Positions 23,231 to 36,090 of a DNA stretch of 56,110 bases are shown here, piece after piece. Origin of the DNA: Octopus bimaculoides (taxonomy: Eukaryota); NCBI RefSeq assembly GCF_001194135.2, contig NC_068982.1, positions 143,229,343 to 143,285,452 on the forward strand. Direction: 5' to 3'. The stretch's first letter is position 1; every line of letters begins with the position of its first letter. Both the position numbers and the translations under genes were made by a program. The notes beneath the pieces were generated by a model that saw nothing but the letters and a program-made list of their open reading frames with translations, had not been told where the DNA came from and did no database searches.

Positions 23231-23737
23231 GGAGTGGGTATGCGGATGTGTTCGCGCAGATCATTACTTGCAGAGCTTTTTTCTTCTTATAGCGATTGTT
23301 ATCAATCATAATTTGACCAAGGGTATTTCCAATATTTTAGACATCGTTAGGTTCGCCATTTCCTTCGACCTTAACATGACTCCTGTTATAGCATATTTCC
23401 TCATATAAATATTCCGTTTTGCTAAAATTGGACAGAAACAACGTAATTGGTTGTTTCTTAACAACTGTCACATATTCTGTAAAACCTTTCTTATATTTAT
23501 GGCGAGAATTCTTTGAACTGATGTCAAGATGAGAATATATTTCTTTACCTCTTCTTTCAGCTAGGGAATTTTCCTTTAACTGCTTTCATATTTTTTTCAG
23601 AATTCTTGATTTCTTTGTTTTGTTTCGTTTTTTGTTTTCCTTTTTCTCATATTGCAAGATATTTTACTTGCTAATGCCTAACAATAGTTCCTCGTAGTTT
23701 TGTTTTAGTTTAGTTTCCCGACATTTAAACTTATATA

Positions 23738-23787
23738 TAGGAGTGGCTCTGTGGTAAGTAGCTTGCTTACGAACCACATGGTTCCGG
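23738..23787 (+). mobile_element. SINE family B head, truncated by an N gap
   Basis: aggagtggctctgtggtaagtagcttgcttacgaaccacatggttccgg. Confidence 0.8.
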
Positions 23788-24524
23788 NNNNNNNNNNNNN
23801 NNNNNNNNNNNNNNNNNNNNNNNNNNNNNNNNNNNNNNNNNNNNNNNNNNNNNNNNNNNNNNNNNNNNNNNNNNNNNNNNNNNNNNNAGAGAGAGAGAGA
23901 GAGATACACACACCCACGCTTATGAAATAAGTTTTGAATCTCTTGTGTCTTGCATGTAAAGTTTACATTTTACTGGAGTAGTTATAAATTTCTATCTATG
24001 CTAGCTTTACATTAAAATATATTCCTCTCATGACAAATAGATTTATTTAAAAATTATAATGTATTTGATGTCTTTAAATATGTGTGTTTTATATGTTTCT
24101 ATATTTAAAAAGATGTCAATTATTCAGAAAGTTCGATGTGATTCCGTTGATTTATTTATAACTTGTATTTCATCATAAACATTTTTTCCTGAAATTTTAA
24201 ATAATTCTACAACGTACAGAGTTAACAAGCACACAACAGAAACTCTTAAAGTATTATTAATATATAAGAAGTATGTCCAACCATATCATATTTCATATTC
24301 TAATAGATATAACATATACTCAATACATATGTATTGTAATTCATATCCTATTAGATTTAATATAGATATTGAATGTGTGTATTATAATACTGGTATAATA
24401 CGTAACAAGTTATATATTTTTATTGAGTGATTCATGCAGTTTTCATTTTGCACAGGTTACAAAGTTTTATTTCATTTACACAATCAGGAAATATAAATAT
24501 AAATGCAGGATTATCCAATAATAC

Positions 24525-24808
24525 TCATTTACTCTTTTACTTTTTTCAGTCATTTGACTACGGCCATGCTGGAGCACCGCTTTTAGTCGAGCAAATGGAC
24601 CCCAGGACTTATTCTTTGTAAGCCTAGTACACATTCTATCGGACTCTTTTGCCGAACCGCTAGATTACGGGGGCGTAAACAAACCAGCATCGGTTGTCAA
24701 GCGATGTTGGGGGAAAAACACAAACATACAAACATATACACACATGTATATATACATATATACGACAAAGCGATGTTGGGGGGCACAAACATGCACACAC
24801 ACACATAC

Positions 24809-24851
<43 letters not shown>

Positions 24852-25014
24852 GACGAGCTTCTTTCAGTTTCCGTCTATCAAATTCACTCACAAGGCTTTG
24901 GTCGGCCCGAGGCTATAGTAGAAAATACTTGTCCAAGGTGCCCCGCAGTGGGACTGAACCCGAAACCATGTGGTTGATAAGCAAGCTACTTACCACACAG
25001 CCACTCCTATGCCT
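24525..25014 (-). mobile_element. SINE family B, full length, with internal tandem duplication
   Basis: Collinear with 1090-1487. aagcgatgttgggg...tatacgac occurs twice (~24690-24855). Confidence 0.9.
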
Positions 25015-25721
25015 ATGAAACATTTGATTAATAATATGAAGCGTTTAATTAATAATAAGTTGAATATTAAAATCGCAAAATATAAACAATTTATTTTCTC
25101 TTTTTATCTCTTTTAATCGAGTGGTCAGGTAAAGTCTATGACCCTTTACAATTGTCTATAAATGTAATGGGAACGAGAAAAAGAGATACCTACAAACCGG
25201 AAATTTAGTCCGAATGATTGCATCGCAATGAACTCGACACCGATTGAACGCACTCAGGGTGGGTCGTCGTGGTGTTAAACTGGGCGAAGTATTAACCGTT
25301 TGAACCCGCAAGTATGATTTCGTTTGACGCAAAAGTGTCCGGCCGCATGATTTTGTGTTTACGTTTAAAAATAACGGTATTTCTGCCAGTAAGGCGTTAA
25401 CACAAACTATGAGGCCGTCCGCTTTTGCGTCTTGTAGAGATATAGTGAAACGAAATCGCACCCGGTAAAGCATACTACGAACCAATTAGGCAATGCCGTA
25501 GTTTAACCCTACAACGCGAAGTTTGAACGAACAACGCTAGTTTCGCAGAATTGCAGTTTCTCAAATTTATCACCCTCTATTTCACATAACCCGAAACAAC
25601 GAAATATAAATTGATGAACGAAAGATAAATTGATGTCAATGGTATTTTAACATGGGGCGAAATCTGATACTCTTTCTCTGTTTTAGCTTTTATGTAAATA
25701 CGTACGTATGTATGTATGTAT

Positions 25722-25950
25722 GTCATCATTCAATTTTATATCAATATTTCTTGCTAATAGAGAAAGAGTCAGTTTCTAACCTAAATCTAAGGCCCCTTCA
25801 TTGAAACTTCAACAACATCAACAAGTATTTTAGTATGTATGTAATATGTGCAGATTTGTTTGTTTTGTTTTATGTATGTATTCTCATGCATGTAGTTGGA
25901 TATCTAGACATTCTCATATATACTTAAATGGCAAACATCTGGAAAGTTTG
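25722..25950. repeat. Interspersed repeat family H (second copy at ~36872-37090)
   Basis: aatagagaaagag(t/a)c(a/c)gtttctaaccta and gtattctcatgcatgt(a/g)gttg(g/c)atatctagacat are shared by both loci in the same orientation. Confidence 0.75.
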
Positions 25951-26232
25951 TATGTATGTATGCATATGTATGTGTGTATGTGTTTGTTTTTTTTGCGTGT
26001 GTATGAGTGTGTTTGGTGGTGCGTCGTTCTAAGACATACTTTAAGCCATGCCCTTTATAGCTCGGGAGTTACGGGTTCACAATATATAGTAAAATACATG
26101 GGTTCAACTAAAATCGTTTTAAGGCCGTAAATAGGGATCACTGGAATGAAAGAAAAACCAGTAAAAGAATATACAAGATATCGTAAGACAGATAACTAAA
26201 CGGCTAAGGAAAGATTGATTACAAAATATCCC

Positions 26233-26281
<49 letters not shown>

Positions 26282-26299
26282 CGATAATAATGCCAACAG

Positions 26300-26878
26300 T
26301 ATGGAATAACAGAAAAATGACAGTATAGACACAGGCCAGAAAAGGTCACAGAAAATGAGAAAGCAGCCACACTATGGGATATGCCAATACACACAGATAG
26401 AGAAATTAAGGCCAATAGGCCGGATATAGTTGTCAGAGATCATCAAGAAAAAATTCTTTCAAATCGATGTATCAATTGCAACGGATGATAATGTTTCTCT
26501 AAAAGAAATGGAGAAACTTTCAAAATACAAAGACTTGGAAATAGATGTAACTCGAATGTGTAATCTAAAAACAGAAACAATTCCTATCATAGTAGGTACG
26601 TTAGGTATGATAAAAGAAATATTCAGACAAATACATAACAAAAACACCAGGACTAATAAGTACATATAACATGCAGAAAATAGCACTACTAGACACAACT
26701 AGCACTACTAGGCACCTACATAAAACACTTTCAATACAGTAACTATAAGAGTATCACAACAAACCACAGCAAATACCCAAGGCACAGAGATGCGCTTGGT
26801 AGTGCAGTGTGTTGTCTCTTGAGGTCTCTGGGTGAAACTTGGAGTCAACTTGTACAAATATAAAGTAAAAGTGAAACA
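26300..26878 (+). pseudogene. R4/Dong-clade non-LTR retrotransposon 3' end (restriction-like endonuclease domain plus 3' UTR)
   Basis: RPEKVTENEKAATLWDMPIHTDREIKANRPDIVV / FQIDVSIATDDNVSLKEMEKLSKYKDLEIDVTRM / KIALL, with the PD..D and K..KY REL motifs and frameshifts. Flanked on both sides by (TAA)n. Confidence 0.85.
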
Positions 26879-26917
26879 TATAATAATAATAGTAATAATA
26901 GTAATAATAATAATAAT

Positions 26918-27005
<88 letters not shown>

Positions 27006-27551
27006 NNNNNNNNNNNNNNNNNNNNNNNNNNNNNNNNNNNNNNNNNNNNNNNNNNNNNNNNNNNNNNNNNNNNNNNNNNNNNNNNNNNNNNNNNNNNNNN
27101 NNNNNNNNNNNNNNNNNNNNNNNNNNNNNNNNNNNNNNNNNNNNNNNNNNNNNNNNNNNNNNNNNNNNNNNNNNNNNNNNNNNNNNNNNNNNNNNNNNNN
27201 NNNNNNNNNNNNNNNNNNNNNNNNNNNNNNNNNNNNNNNNNNNNNNNNNNNNNNNNNNNNNNNNNNNNNNNNNNNNNNNNNNNNNNNNNNNNNNNNNNNN
27301 NNNNNNNNNNNNNNNNNNNNNNNNNNNNNNNNNNNNNNNNNNNNNNNNNNNNNNNNNNNNNNNNNNNNNNNNNNNNNNNNNNNNNNNNNNNNNNNNNNNN
27401 NNNNNNNNNNNNNNNNNNNNNNNNNNNNNNNNNNNNNNNNNNNNNNNNNNNNNNNNNNNNNNNNNNNNNNNNNNNNNNNNNNNNNNNNNNNNNNNNNNNN
27501 NNNNNNNNNNNNNNNNNNNNNNNNNNNNNNNNNNNNNNNNNNNNNNNNNNN

Positions 27552-27927
27552 AGAAATTAGCAAAATGTGGAATCTGAAGACGAAAACAATACCTATTGTC
27601 ATAGGTGCCCTGGGAAGGACAGCGAAACGGGCTGATTACTACCTAGCTCAGATACCAGGAAACCCCAAAATGGCTGAAGTTCAAAAGATAGTGCTCATGG
27701 GAACTGCCCATATCCTACGTAAAATACTGTCTATGTGATCTCAAATTTTAAAGCAAACAGATAATTTTCTTATGGTTTCTTAAATATTCACTAGAACAAA
27801 ACTGTACAAATCCAAATATATGGTACCCTAGGCATAACACCTACATGAACTTCTAACTTGTTGTCTCTTGAGGTCTCTGGGTGAGACTTGGATCCAACTT
27901 GTACAAATGCAAGACAAAAGTCAAACA
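27552..27927 (+). pseudogene. Second R4/Dong-clade 3' end (different subfamily); its 5' part is hidden in the N gap
   Basis: EISKMWNLKTKTIPIVIGALGRTAKRADYYLAQIPGNPKMAEVQKIVLMGTAHILRKILSM* is uninterrupted, followed by a 3' UTR and (TAA)n. Confidence 0.85.
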
Positions 27928-28068
27928 TAAAATAATAATAATAATAATACAAACCGACATTTATTTCGGTTATTATTAAGGGTTCATTTAGCGTTTTACA
28001 CATACCGATCCTGAAAGCAAAGCAAATAAATGATTGATTGTTTGAGAAGATTATTAAGGACCACTTAC

Positions 28069-28255
28069 CTATATAAATGTTTGCCCTCTTCCCAACGTAG
28101 CGGTCGGGTTCCATCGCATGACATATTCAAATGAAAGGATGGACCATTTAAGTTAGTCGTGTGCCGGGCCAAAACTATCAATGCATCTGTCCAAATCTTT
28201 GTCGCTCTTTCAATGAGCAGTTTCATATGGTCCATCTCAAACTCAAATGAAATAC
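28069..28255 (-). CDS. GRIN2-like: Internal coding exon B of the same NMDA receptor (GluN2-like) gene
   Basis: Acceptor ctgttttcgtttgtattccag|G and donor TATATAG|gtaagt. The 187 nt (2+183+2) read (G)ISFEFEMDHMKLLIERATKIWTDALIVLARHTTNLNGPSFHLNMSCDGTRPLRWEEGKHLY-R, the tail of track ORF 28065..28301. SC-x6-RW-x2-G has the spacing I recall from invertebrate NR2 (SCEDEGRGRWDNG). It starts in phase 1, in frame with exon A. Confidence 0.8.
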
Positions 28256-28622
28256 CTGGAATACAAACGAAAACAGAACGGTAAACCATTATCAGGATCA
28301 TACATTCAATCTTGAATTCTGAAACAGGAGCGGAATGAATTGAATATATATATATAGGTGTACTGGAACAGGAGGAGACACGTGGGATGGAGATCCACTG
28401 AAGAGGTCACAGGATGTGTGACGAAAGATTTCAGGCAAAGGATAGTGAAAGTAACATAATAATAAATCTGAAGTGAAGAACGAATAAAAACTGCGTGTGT
28501 TTATTTGGGAAAAAATGACCTTCCCGAAATATAACGATATCTGTTTCAAAACACGATTTCACATCAGGATCATTCAAAACAAATATATAAACGAAATGTA
28601 CACACACACGCACACGTGTATG

Positions 28623-28920
28623 TGAGAGCGCATGGCATAGTGGTTAGGCTGTTGCACCAACGATCTAACGATCATGGTTTCAATTCCTTGACCGTGTGAT
28701 GCGTTGCGTTCTTGAGCAGAACACTTCACCTCACGTTACACTGCGATCACTTGGACGCCTGACACTTGGTACACCTGTGCACCTGTTCAGACAACGACGA
28801 TTTGACAGAGAGATCGAGCCAATGTGTGGCACGGACATTTGATCACCTTACAAACAAATCATTTGTGCAGGTCGTTCTACAGAAGCTGAACGCTCATAGT
28901 CGTCTCCGACGGAAGAGTCT
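28623..28920 (+). mobile_element. tRNA-derived SINE, family D (single copy here)
   Basis: A-box-like tggcatagtggttagg, B-box-like ggtttcaattcc, then CORE-like cttgagcagaacacttcacctcacgtt. Confidence 0.6.
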
Positions 28921-29073
28921 GTAATATACATAGGCATGTATATGAATATGTGTATACAAACATACATGCATACAAACACACACACACACATATGTATATA
29001 TTTATATCAACAAGAATATAAGTATGCATATCGGTTATATGTAAGTGTATATACATTTAAGTATGCATATGTA

Positions 29074-29118
<45 letters not shown>

Positions 29119-29720
29119 TCTTGCATACCCAGCAGTATATATGCGTTATGCATGCATAAGTATGGTATATTTCATATATGGATCTGATTCCCCAGTCTGA
29201 AGATCCTACTTTTTCCGTCTTAAAAAGTGAATAAACTCCAGTAATGACACGTTATGTATTATTTATAGTGAAAAAGAGAAGCGATGCAAAATACTTCAGC
29301 GTCCATGACAAGCTCGAGAGGTCAATCCAATTATGTGCGACTCGAACTATTATGAGCTGATATCTATAGAGAAAACATTCGCTAGAGAAAACTGATTGAG
29401 CTAGAATTATGTGAAAGAAAGATTTCGTGGTGTTTAATGCAACATAAATAAAATGAGACATAGTAAGTAAATGATGGGGAAAAATGGCATCTGTACTGAT
29501 TAAGTTTTCCGACAGTCGTTCCCCAGTTGTAAGGTTTAAGGTCAGAGACCGTCATATTAATAGTTGTAGCAGCAGAATGAACTGTGATAAATAACCAGCT
29601 AAAATAATATGCGTGTTTATCATATGTTCTCTTCGCATAAAACACTGTAAAGTAGTTTGAGAGTATTCATTCAAAAACCTGTTAAGTTTACTCACTTATT
29701 TCACTACAGCCAATGCATTT

Positions 29721-30075
29721 ACTAGTGCTTGCGGTAGGATTCACCCGGGGTGGGTTGAGACAGCTCCGACCAACGTCATTAGTATGTCCCTCACGAATGC
29801 CGACCATATCAGAGAGTCGGCCGCCGCCGAGGTTGTAATGCGTACCCTATCCCGGTTCCGCTGCCGAACACCATAGATGCGGGAGCCCGATTGTGCTTTC
29901 ACATCCTCCTTTAGTGTCACTCGCCACGTCTACATTTGTGCTTGAAGTTGTTTGCACCAGCCTGGGAGGGGACACGGGTTAGCCGTCTTGTGAATGAATT
30001 TCCCCGTAGGCTAACGGAAAGTATGGCCAAGTCATCTTAGACATCTTGTGAGTAAAGACTGTGGCAGAGTTAATG
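29721..30075 (-). pseudogene. RTE-clade LINE 3' end
   Basis: Minus translation (L)RWLGHTFR...TWRVTLKEDVKAQSGSRIYGVRQRNRD...WSAFVRDIL...STHPG*ILPQ, similar to the recalled C-terminus of invertebrate RTE elements. GC-richer than the flanks. Confidence 0.65.
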
Positions 30076-30229
30076 CGGCAGCGTTGGCGTATTTCGGGGT
30101 TCGAAATGAAGTCCGATGGGTGAACACGGAAAATTTCGCGTAGTGGTCGAGAACTTTGAGTTTTTAGAGATCTTCAGCTCTCACGGGCCATGTATCGCAC
30201 CCATTGTGTCAATTCAGATCTCCGACATG

Positions 30230-30295
30230 TGGAAACTTACAACGACGAGGGTTCCAGTTGATCCGATCAACAGAATAGCCTCGCCAAATTTTCCT
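30230..30295 (-). mobile_element. Isolated family C 3' tail fragment
   Basis: acgacgagggttccagttgatccgatcaacagaatagcctcg. Confidence 0.7.
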
Positions 30296-31844
30296 CAAAA
30301 CACACTGTAGATAATGTAGCCCTACGAACATCCAAGACAAGGCGATAATTACGGGTGGAACTCTTTTGAGGATACATCTACCCATTCAGGGTTGAACAGT
30401 GGATAAACGACAAAAATAAGACCTTTAGCCGTAGTAGCCGCAGCAACAACAACAGCGGCCTCAAGACAAACAAAAGTAGATCCTCTGTTGATATTCGCTC
30501 CGCCACGAATATTTCAAAGATCTCTCAAAATACGCGTTAAAAAAGGGAAAATTGAGTAAAGGAAATGGAAATATAAAATACCTTAAAAAGGAGAGATGGT
30601 CATGGCCAGAATGCCTTTAATGAATCTGCTATTAAAAAAATCAGAAACCACAAGGTAAGAAGCTGAAATCTTTCCCACAAACATCCAATATTATTGTCTA
30701 AATTAATTCACATTTTCTAATGTAGAACAAAACAAATATTATTTGAAGTTTTGCTAAGATAATTAATAGCTAAAATAATTAAAGATAAACTCTTTTTGTT
30801 TATAATTAATAATTCTATTTCTAATTACTGATTATTGTTGTTTTGCTTGGCCGCAGGTCAGTCTTGGTCAAGTTAGGATTAAAGGTGTTTTCACCATGAT
30901 TACCAAATATTTATTCTATTTCAGACGCCTTTGTTGTAGTTGGTAAAGAAAGATCTGAGGAGGATTTACCTGTTTCTTCTAACATTTTGAGGCACCTGTG
31001 TTAATCTAAGATCAGGATGTGTTAGAAAGACGCGAGAAGAAAGAAATGACATTACGAACATTCTGTCAAGTATTTTGTCCTCCCTGAAATGCTTCTCGTC
31101 TTGTTTTCGATCGAATGGTTAAAATAACAACATAAAGCGTATAATCAAACAAGTTCCAACCGTGAACATCTCATCTTTTATGAATATATTTATGACTATG
31201 TTATCCAATATATTTTTCCTTATTTAAAACGCTATTGCGAGACTTGAGAAAGATTTAGTTGTTATTTCTAGGAAATCATGTGGCCACTTACAGAAGCCAA
31301 CATTGACCCGATAATCGCTAATACCAGGATACTGATCAGAGCCAGCAATCAGAGCAATGAGTATTAGATTAGAGTACAAGGTTTTAAGATTAGGGTACAA
31401 GGTTTTAAATACGTAGTGTAGTTTGAGAGAGATTTGGTTGCTATTTCTAGCTAGGGAAGTGGTTAATTAGAGAATCCAGCATGAACTCAATACACATTAA
31501 CATCAGGAGCTTGATGGGAGTTCGCCAAAGTTAAAATAGACCGAGACAAGGGTCATTTCAACTTGTGAAGACGAAATACCAAGCAGGCGATATCTGTCAG
31601 GTCATTATTCATTATCACATCATTCTAAAATGCATCGTGAGCTCAGACCCAGCGGGGGATGATAGAACAGCTAGAAATGATAGACAAATCCTCTCTGACT
31701 CTTCCGCTACCAACTAAACCAATGCCATTAACAGATTAGAAAAGACTATAGACTTGAGTAAGAAGACAAGAATAAAGTTTGAAGGTTCACGATGAAATCG
31801 CCTCCGATTAAAGGTTTGGTCAATCATGACTGAAACCCACAACA

Positions 31845-32094
31845 GTCAAACATAACAAACAACAACAACAACAAAAACCACATCATTACCAGCAACATGA
31901 AGAACGCTCCTTATTAGAGTATCATCATCATCATCAACAAGAAGTACCACTACCACGACTATCGCCGCTGATACTACTACTACTACCACCACCACCACCA
32001 CCACCACTGCTGATACTACTACCACCACCACCACCACGACCACCGCCACCACCGCTGCTGATACTACTACTACTACCACCACTACCTCTGCTGA

Positions 32095-32136
<42 letters not shown>

Positions 32137-32160
32137 CACTGCCGCTGTTGCTGCTTCATT
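31845..32160. repeat. Compound trinucleotide repeat (CAA/CAT/CAC/TAC) with recurring gctgatactact unit
   Basis: Visible directly; source of the poly-V ORF 31846..32187. Confidence 0.9.
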
Positions 32161-33049
32161 TCTAGCTACCGTTTGTTGAGGGAGCAACGGGAGGTTTTTA
32201 TGTTAATTGGAAATACGTGTAGCGATATGTCAAAACTACATTTAACATCCGTCCCTCAACTGATAAATGTGTACTCTACGTACACACCACACACACTCNN
32301 NNNNNNNNNNNNNNNNNNNNNNNNNNNNNNNNNNNNNNNNNNNNNNNNNNNNNNNNNNNNNNNNNNNNNNNNNNNNNNNNNNNNNNNNNNNNNNNNNNNN
32401 NNNNNNNNNNNNNNNNNNNNNNNNNNNNNNNNNNNNNNNNNNNNNNNNNNNNNNNNNNNNNNNNNNNNNNNNNNNNNNNNNNNNNNNNNNNNNNNNNNNN
32501 NNNNNNNNNNNNNNNNNNNNNNNNNNNNNNNNNNNNNNNNNNNNNNNNNNNNNNNNNNNNNNNNNNNNNNNNNNNNNNNNNNNNNNNNNNNNNNNNNNNN
32601 NNNNNNNNNNNNNNNNNNNNNNNNNNNNNNNNNNNNNNNNNNNNNNNNNNNNNNNNNNNNNNNNNNNNNNNNNNNNNNNNNNNNNNNNNNNNNNNNNNNN
32701 NNNNNNNNNNNNNNNNNNNNNNNNNNNNNNNNNNNNNNNNNNNNNNNNNNNNNNNNNNNNNNNNNNNNNNNNNNNNNNNNNNNNNNNNNNNNNNNNNNNN
32801 NNNNNNNNNNNNNNNNNNNNNNNNNNNNNNNNNNNNNNNNNNNNNNNNNNNNNNNNNNNNNNNNNNNNNNNNNNNNNNNNNNNNNNNNNNNNNNNNNNNN
32901 NNNNNNNNNNNNNNNNNNNNNNNNNNNNNNNNNNNNNNNNNNNNNNNNNNNNNNNNNNNNNNNNNNNNNNNNNNNNNNNNNNNNNNNNNNNNNNNNNNNN
33001 NNNNNNNNNNNNNNNNNNNNNNNNNNNNNNNNNNNNNNNNNNNNTTAAT

Positions 33050-33477
33050 CTTTTATGTTTTATCTTTCAGCGATTAGAGTGCGGCCATACTGAGGCACTG
33101 CTTTGAAGAATTTGTTGAGGAATCGTTCGACCCAGAGTGCTTTAAAAAAAAAGTTAGGTTCTTATTTTATCGGTGAATTTAGCCGAACCGCTGTTACCGC
33201 AACGTAAACTCATTAAACCAGTTGTCGAAGACTGGTGGGGGGTCAAACACAGACACAAGACATACTCTCTCTCTCACAAACACATACACACACAAACTCA
33301 CACACACACACACACGCACACGACGGGCGTCTTTCTGTTTCCGCCTACTAAATCCAGTTACAAGGCTTTGGTTGTCCCGAGGCTTTAGTAGAAAACATTT
33401 GCCCTAGGTGCCACACAGTGGGACTGAACCCGGAACCAAGTGGTCGGGAAGCACGCTTCTTCCGCACAGCCACACTG
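33050..33477 (-). mobile_element. SINE family B, diverged, near full length
   Basis: ccgaaccgctgttacc, acgacgggcgtctttctgtttccg and ggtgccacacagtgggactgaacccggaacc. Confidence 0.8.
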
Positions 33478-34894
33478 AGTAAAATAAGTTTGCTTTATAG
33501 GTACGTATACACACCATACATTTACACACCTACATAATACACACACACACACACACATTCACAGTGAGTAAATGTATAGCAGATGTATATATCAGTGAAT
33601 TTGTTAACCACACACATACACATACACACACACACCCAAGCTAATGCACACATGCACACGTCAGCACAATCTCTTACATATAAAGACAATGAATCAATCA
33701 CGCCCGCGCACACACTCACTCGCATATTATGAGCAGACTTACATATCAATTTGTTTGTTTCAGACACACTACTGAACACCATTGCACACTGTCATGCGAA
33801 TACACCCACACGTAGACATTCTCATCACAGACGCATATACAGGCATCCATATAGCATTTCACCAAGTAAAGATGTTGTGGGAATAAAGGGAAATAACTTA
33901 TGTTGTAAAAGTCAAAATACCAGGGGAGACATAAAAATAAAAGTCGTACAATAATCTATAGCAGACATATTGTATTTGGAAAGGTTAAGAGTTAGTGATA
34001 AACAAAAAAAGAAAAAAAAAAAAAAAGGTTATATATCGGAATATATATATATTTCGAAACCACCTGTCACTTACAATCGTTTTTATTTCGCCATTTTTCA
34101 TGTCGATTCTCAATTGATAGCGCCAAAAGGACTTGAATTTTTGTGTTAAAAGTTTAAAAATGGTCGGTACGAACAACAATACATTTGGAATGAAATAGTT
34201 GCCGCTGGCATAGCAGTGTGGTTGTGAGGTTTGTTTCGTAAACTATGCGGTTCCAGCCTCGATCAAACTGTGCAGCAGCTTGAGTTGACCGACATCTCGG
34301 GAATGGAATTTAATAAACGGATACTGCATAAAACACCCTTGAATGAATGAATGAATGTATGTATGTATGTATGTATGTATGTAGATATATACATAAATGT
34401 GTATATATGGATGTATATATGCATATAAACATGGCAAAGTAGGTAGCTATACAAATGGAAACATTCCTACATACATACATACACATACAGACTCATATTG
34501 ATAATAGAATTGATAAAATGGATTTCAAACCCGAACTAATGATTTTTTTTTTCTGCACCGATGGTGCAGACGCTCCTCCGTCTCAGTCAACATCGTAAAA
34601 GCATTTTACGATCAGTGAACCAATATCTGACCCGCTGGGACCTCCTAAAAGAGCCATACAGCAACATTTGTGGTCGTTATTGCGTATTCATACCATTGGT
34701 TTTCACTGTCATAATTGAGTATTGAAATGTTTGCTTACACAATGTAACACCAGATGTTAAAAGTTATTTTTCCGGGAGTGTAGTAGAAGGAAATCTAACG
34801 AGTCAGTTTTCTGTTATAGAGCTAAGATAGATCTTAAAGTGATTTTAAGATAGACCTTAAAGTTCAGATGGCAATATGTAATATACGCCGTTAA

Positions 34895-35082
34895 GGCGGC
34901 GCGAGCTGGCAGCATTGTTAACACGCCAGGCAAAATGTTTAGCGCATTCCTTCTGTCATTACATTCTGAGTTCAAATTCTGCCGAGGTCGATAAAATAAG
35001 TACCAGTTAAACAATGGTGTCGATGTAAATGACTTCTCTTCTCCCCTGAAATTGCCGGCCCCGTGAAAAATTTGAAACGAAT
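34895..35082 (+). mobile_element. SINE family A with an internal deletion between two gtcga motifs
   Basis: ...ttcaaattctgccgaggtcgataaaataagtaccag; the ctttgcctttcatcc block present in other copies is missing. Confidence 0.8.
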
Positions 35083-35902
35083 ATGTATATACATAGTTAA
35101 AGTAAAAATACAAACGAACTTGTTTTTCGCACTGACAGCATATCCTTGTACAGATAACCACTTCAGAGGAATAATAAAGTGCCAGGTCAAACTACTTACT
35201 AAAGAAAATAATTTTGCAAGACAGAAGGTGGGAAAAGATGAGAAGAAATGTGAGTTATTGGCGGACAATGTTATTCTGCAGACTCTTCATGTTATGGTTG
35301 CTCAATCTACTGAAAATAATAGATAAATCTCGCACAACCAATAACTACATCTTAAATAAAGATTAGCTGGAACCGTAGATTTTTAAAAATACGAACGACA
35401 GCTCTGGGAATACCAGCTACAACAGAAAAGATTACTGCAAGCCAATTGAGGAAAGCTTTGAGAAAACCATTCAAACTGACTTCGAACATCTGCTGAGATG
35501 GACGTGTCCTAATTGCTCACGAAGCTTTAAGTGAAGCAGAGTTGAGTGGAACTTTTATTAAATACATGTAACTCCAACCAAATGTGTAGAGTGACACTTT
35601 CTTTAGCCTGTCCATTTACCTGTCCACACACCCGTGAATACACACACACATAGATACATACATACATACATACATACATGTATACATACATACATACATA
35701 CACACATACATACACACACATACATGTGTGTGTGTGAGAGAGTAAGTGCTTTATCTGAAGATCGCACTGACGTGAATCTCGAGTCACGTGACAGCCTCTT
35801 AGTGTCACTTTCAATGTAAAGAAATATCATTGACATCTTATGTACTATGCGCTCCTCTCATTCATTGAATATGAATCTACACGCACGCACACAGACACAC
35901 AC

Positions 35903-35933
<31 letters not shown>

Positions 35934-36018
35934 TGTATGTATGTATGTATGTATGTNNNNNNNNNNNNNNNNNNNNNNNNNNNNNNNNNNNNNNNNNNNN
36001 NNNNNNNNNNNNNNNNNN

Positions 36019-36090
<72 letters not shown>

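Noticed and set aside
31846-32187. Poly-Val (minus) or Thr-rich mucin-like (plus) ORF
   Set aside because: Explained by a compound trinucleotide repeat, with no splice context linking it to the gene.
34552-34570. 8-bp GC hairpin next to a T-run (terminator or Helitron end)
   Set aside because: Eukaryotic context, no CTRR at the expected position, and short enough to be chance.
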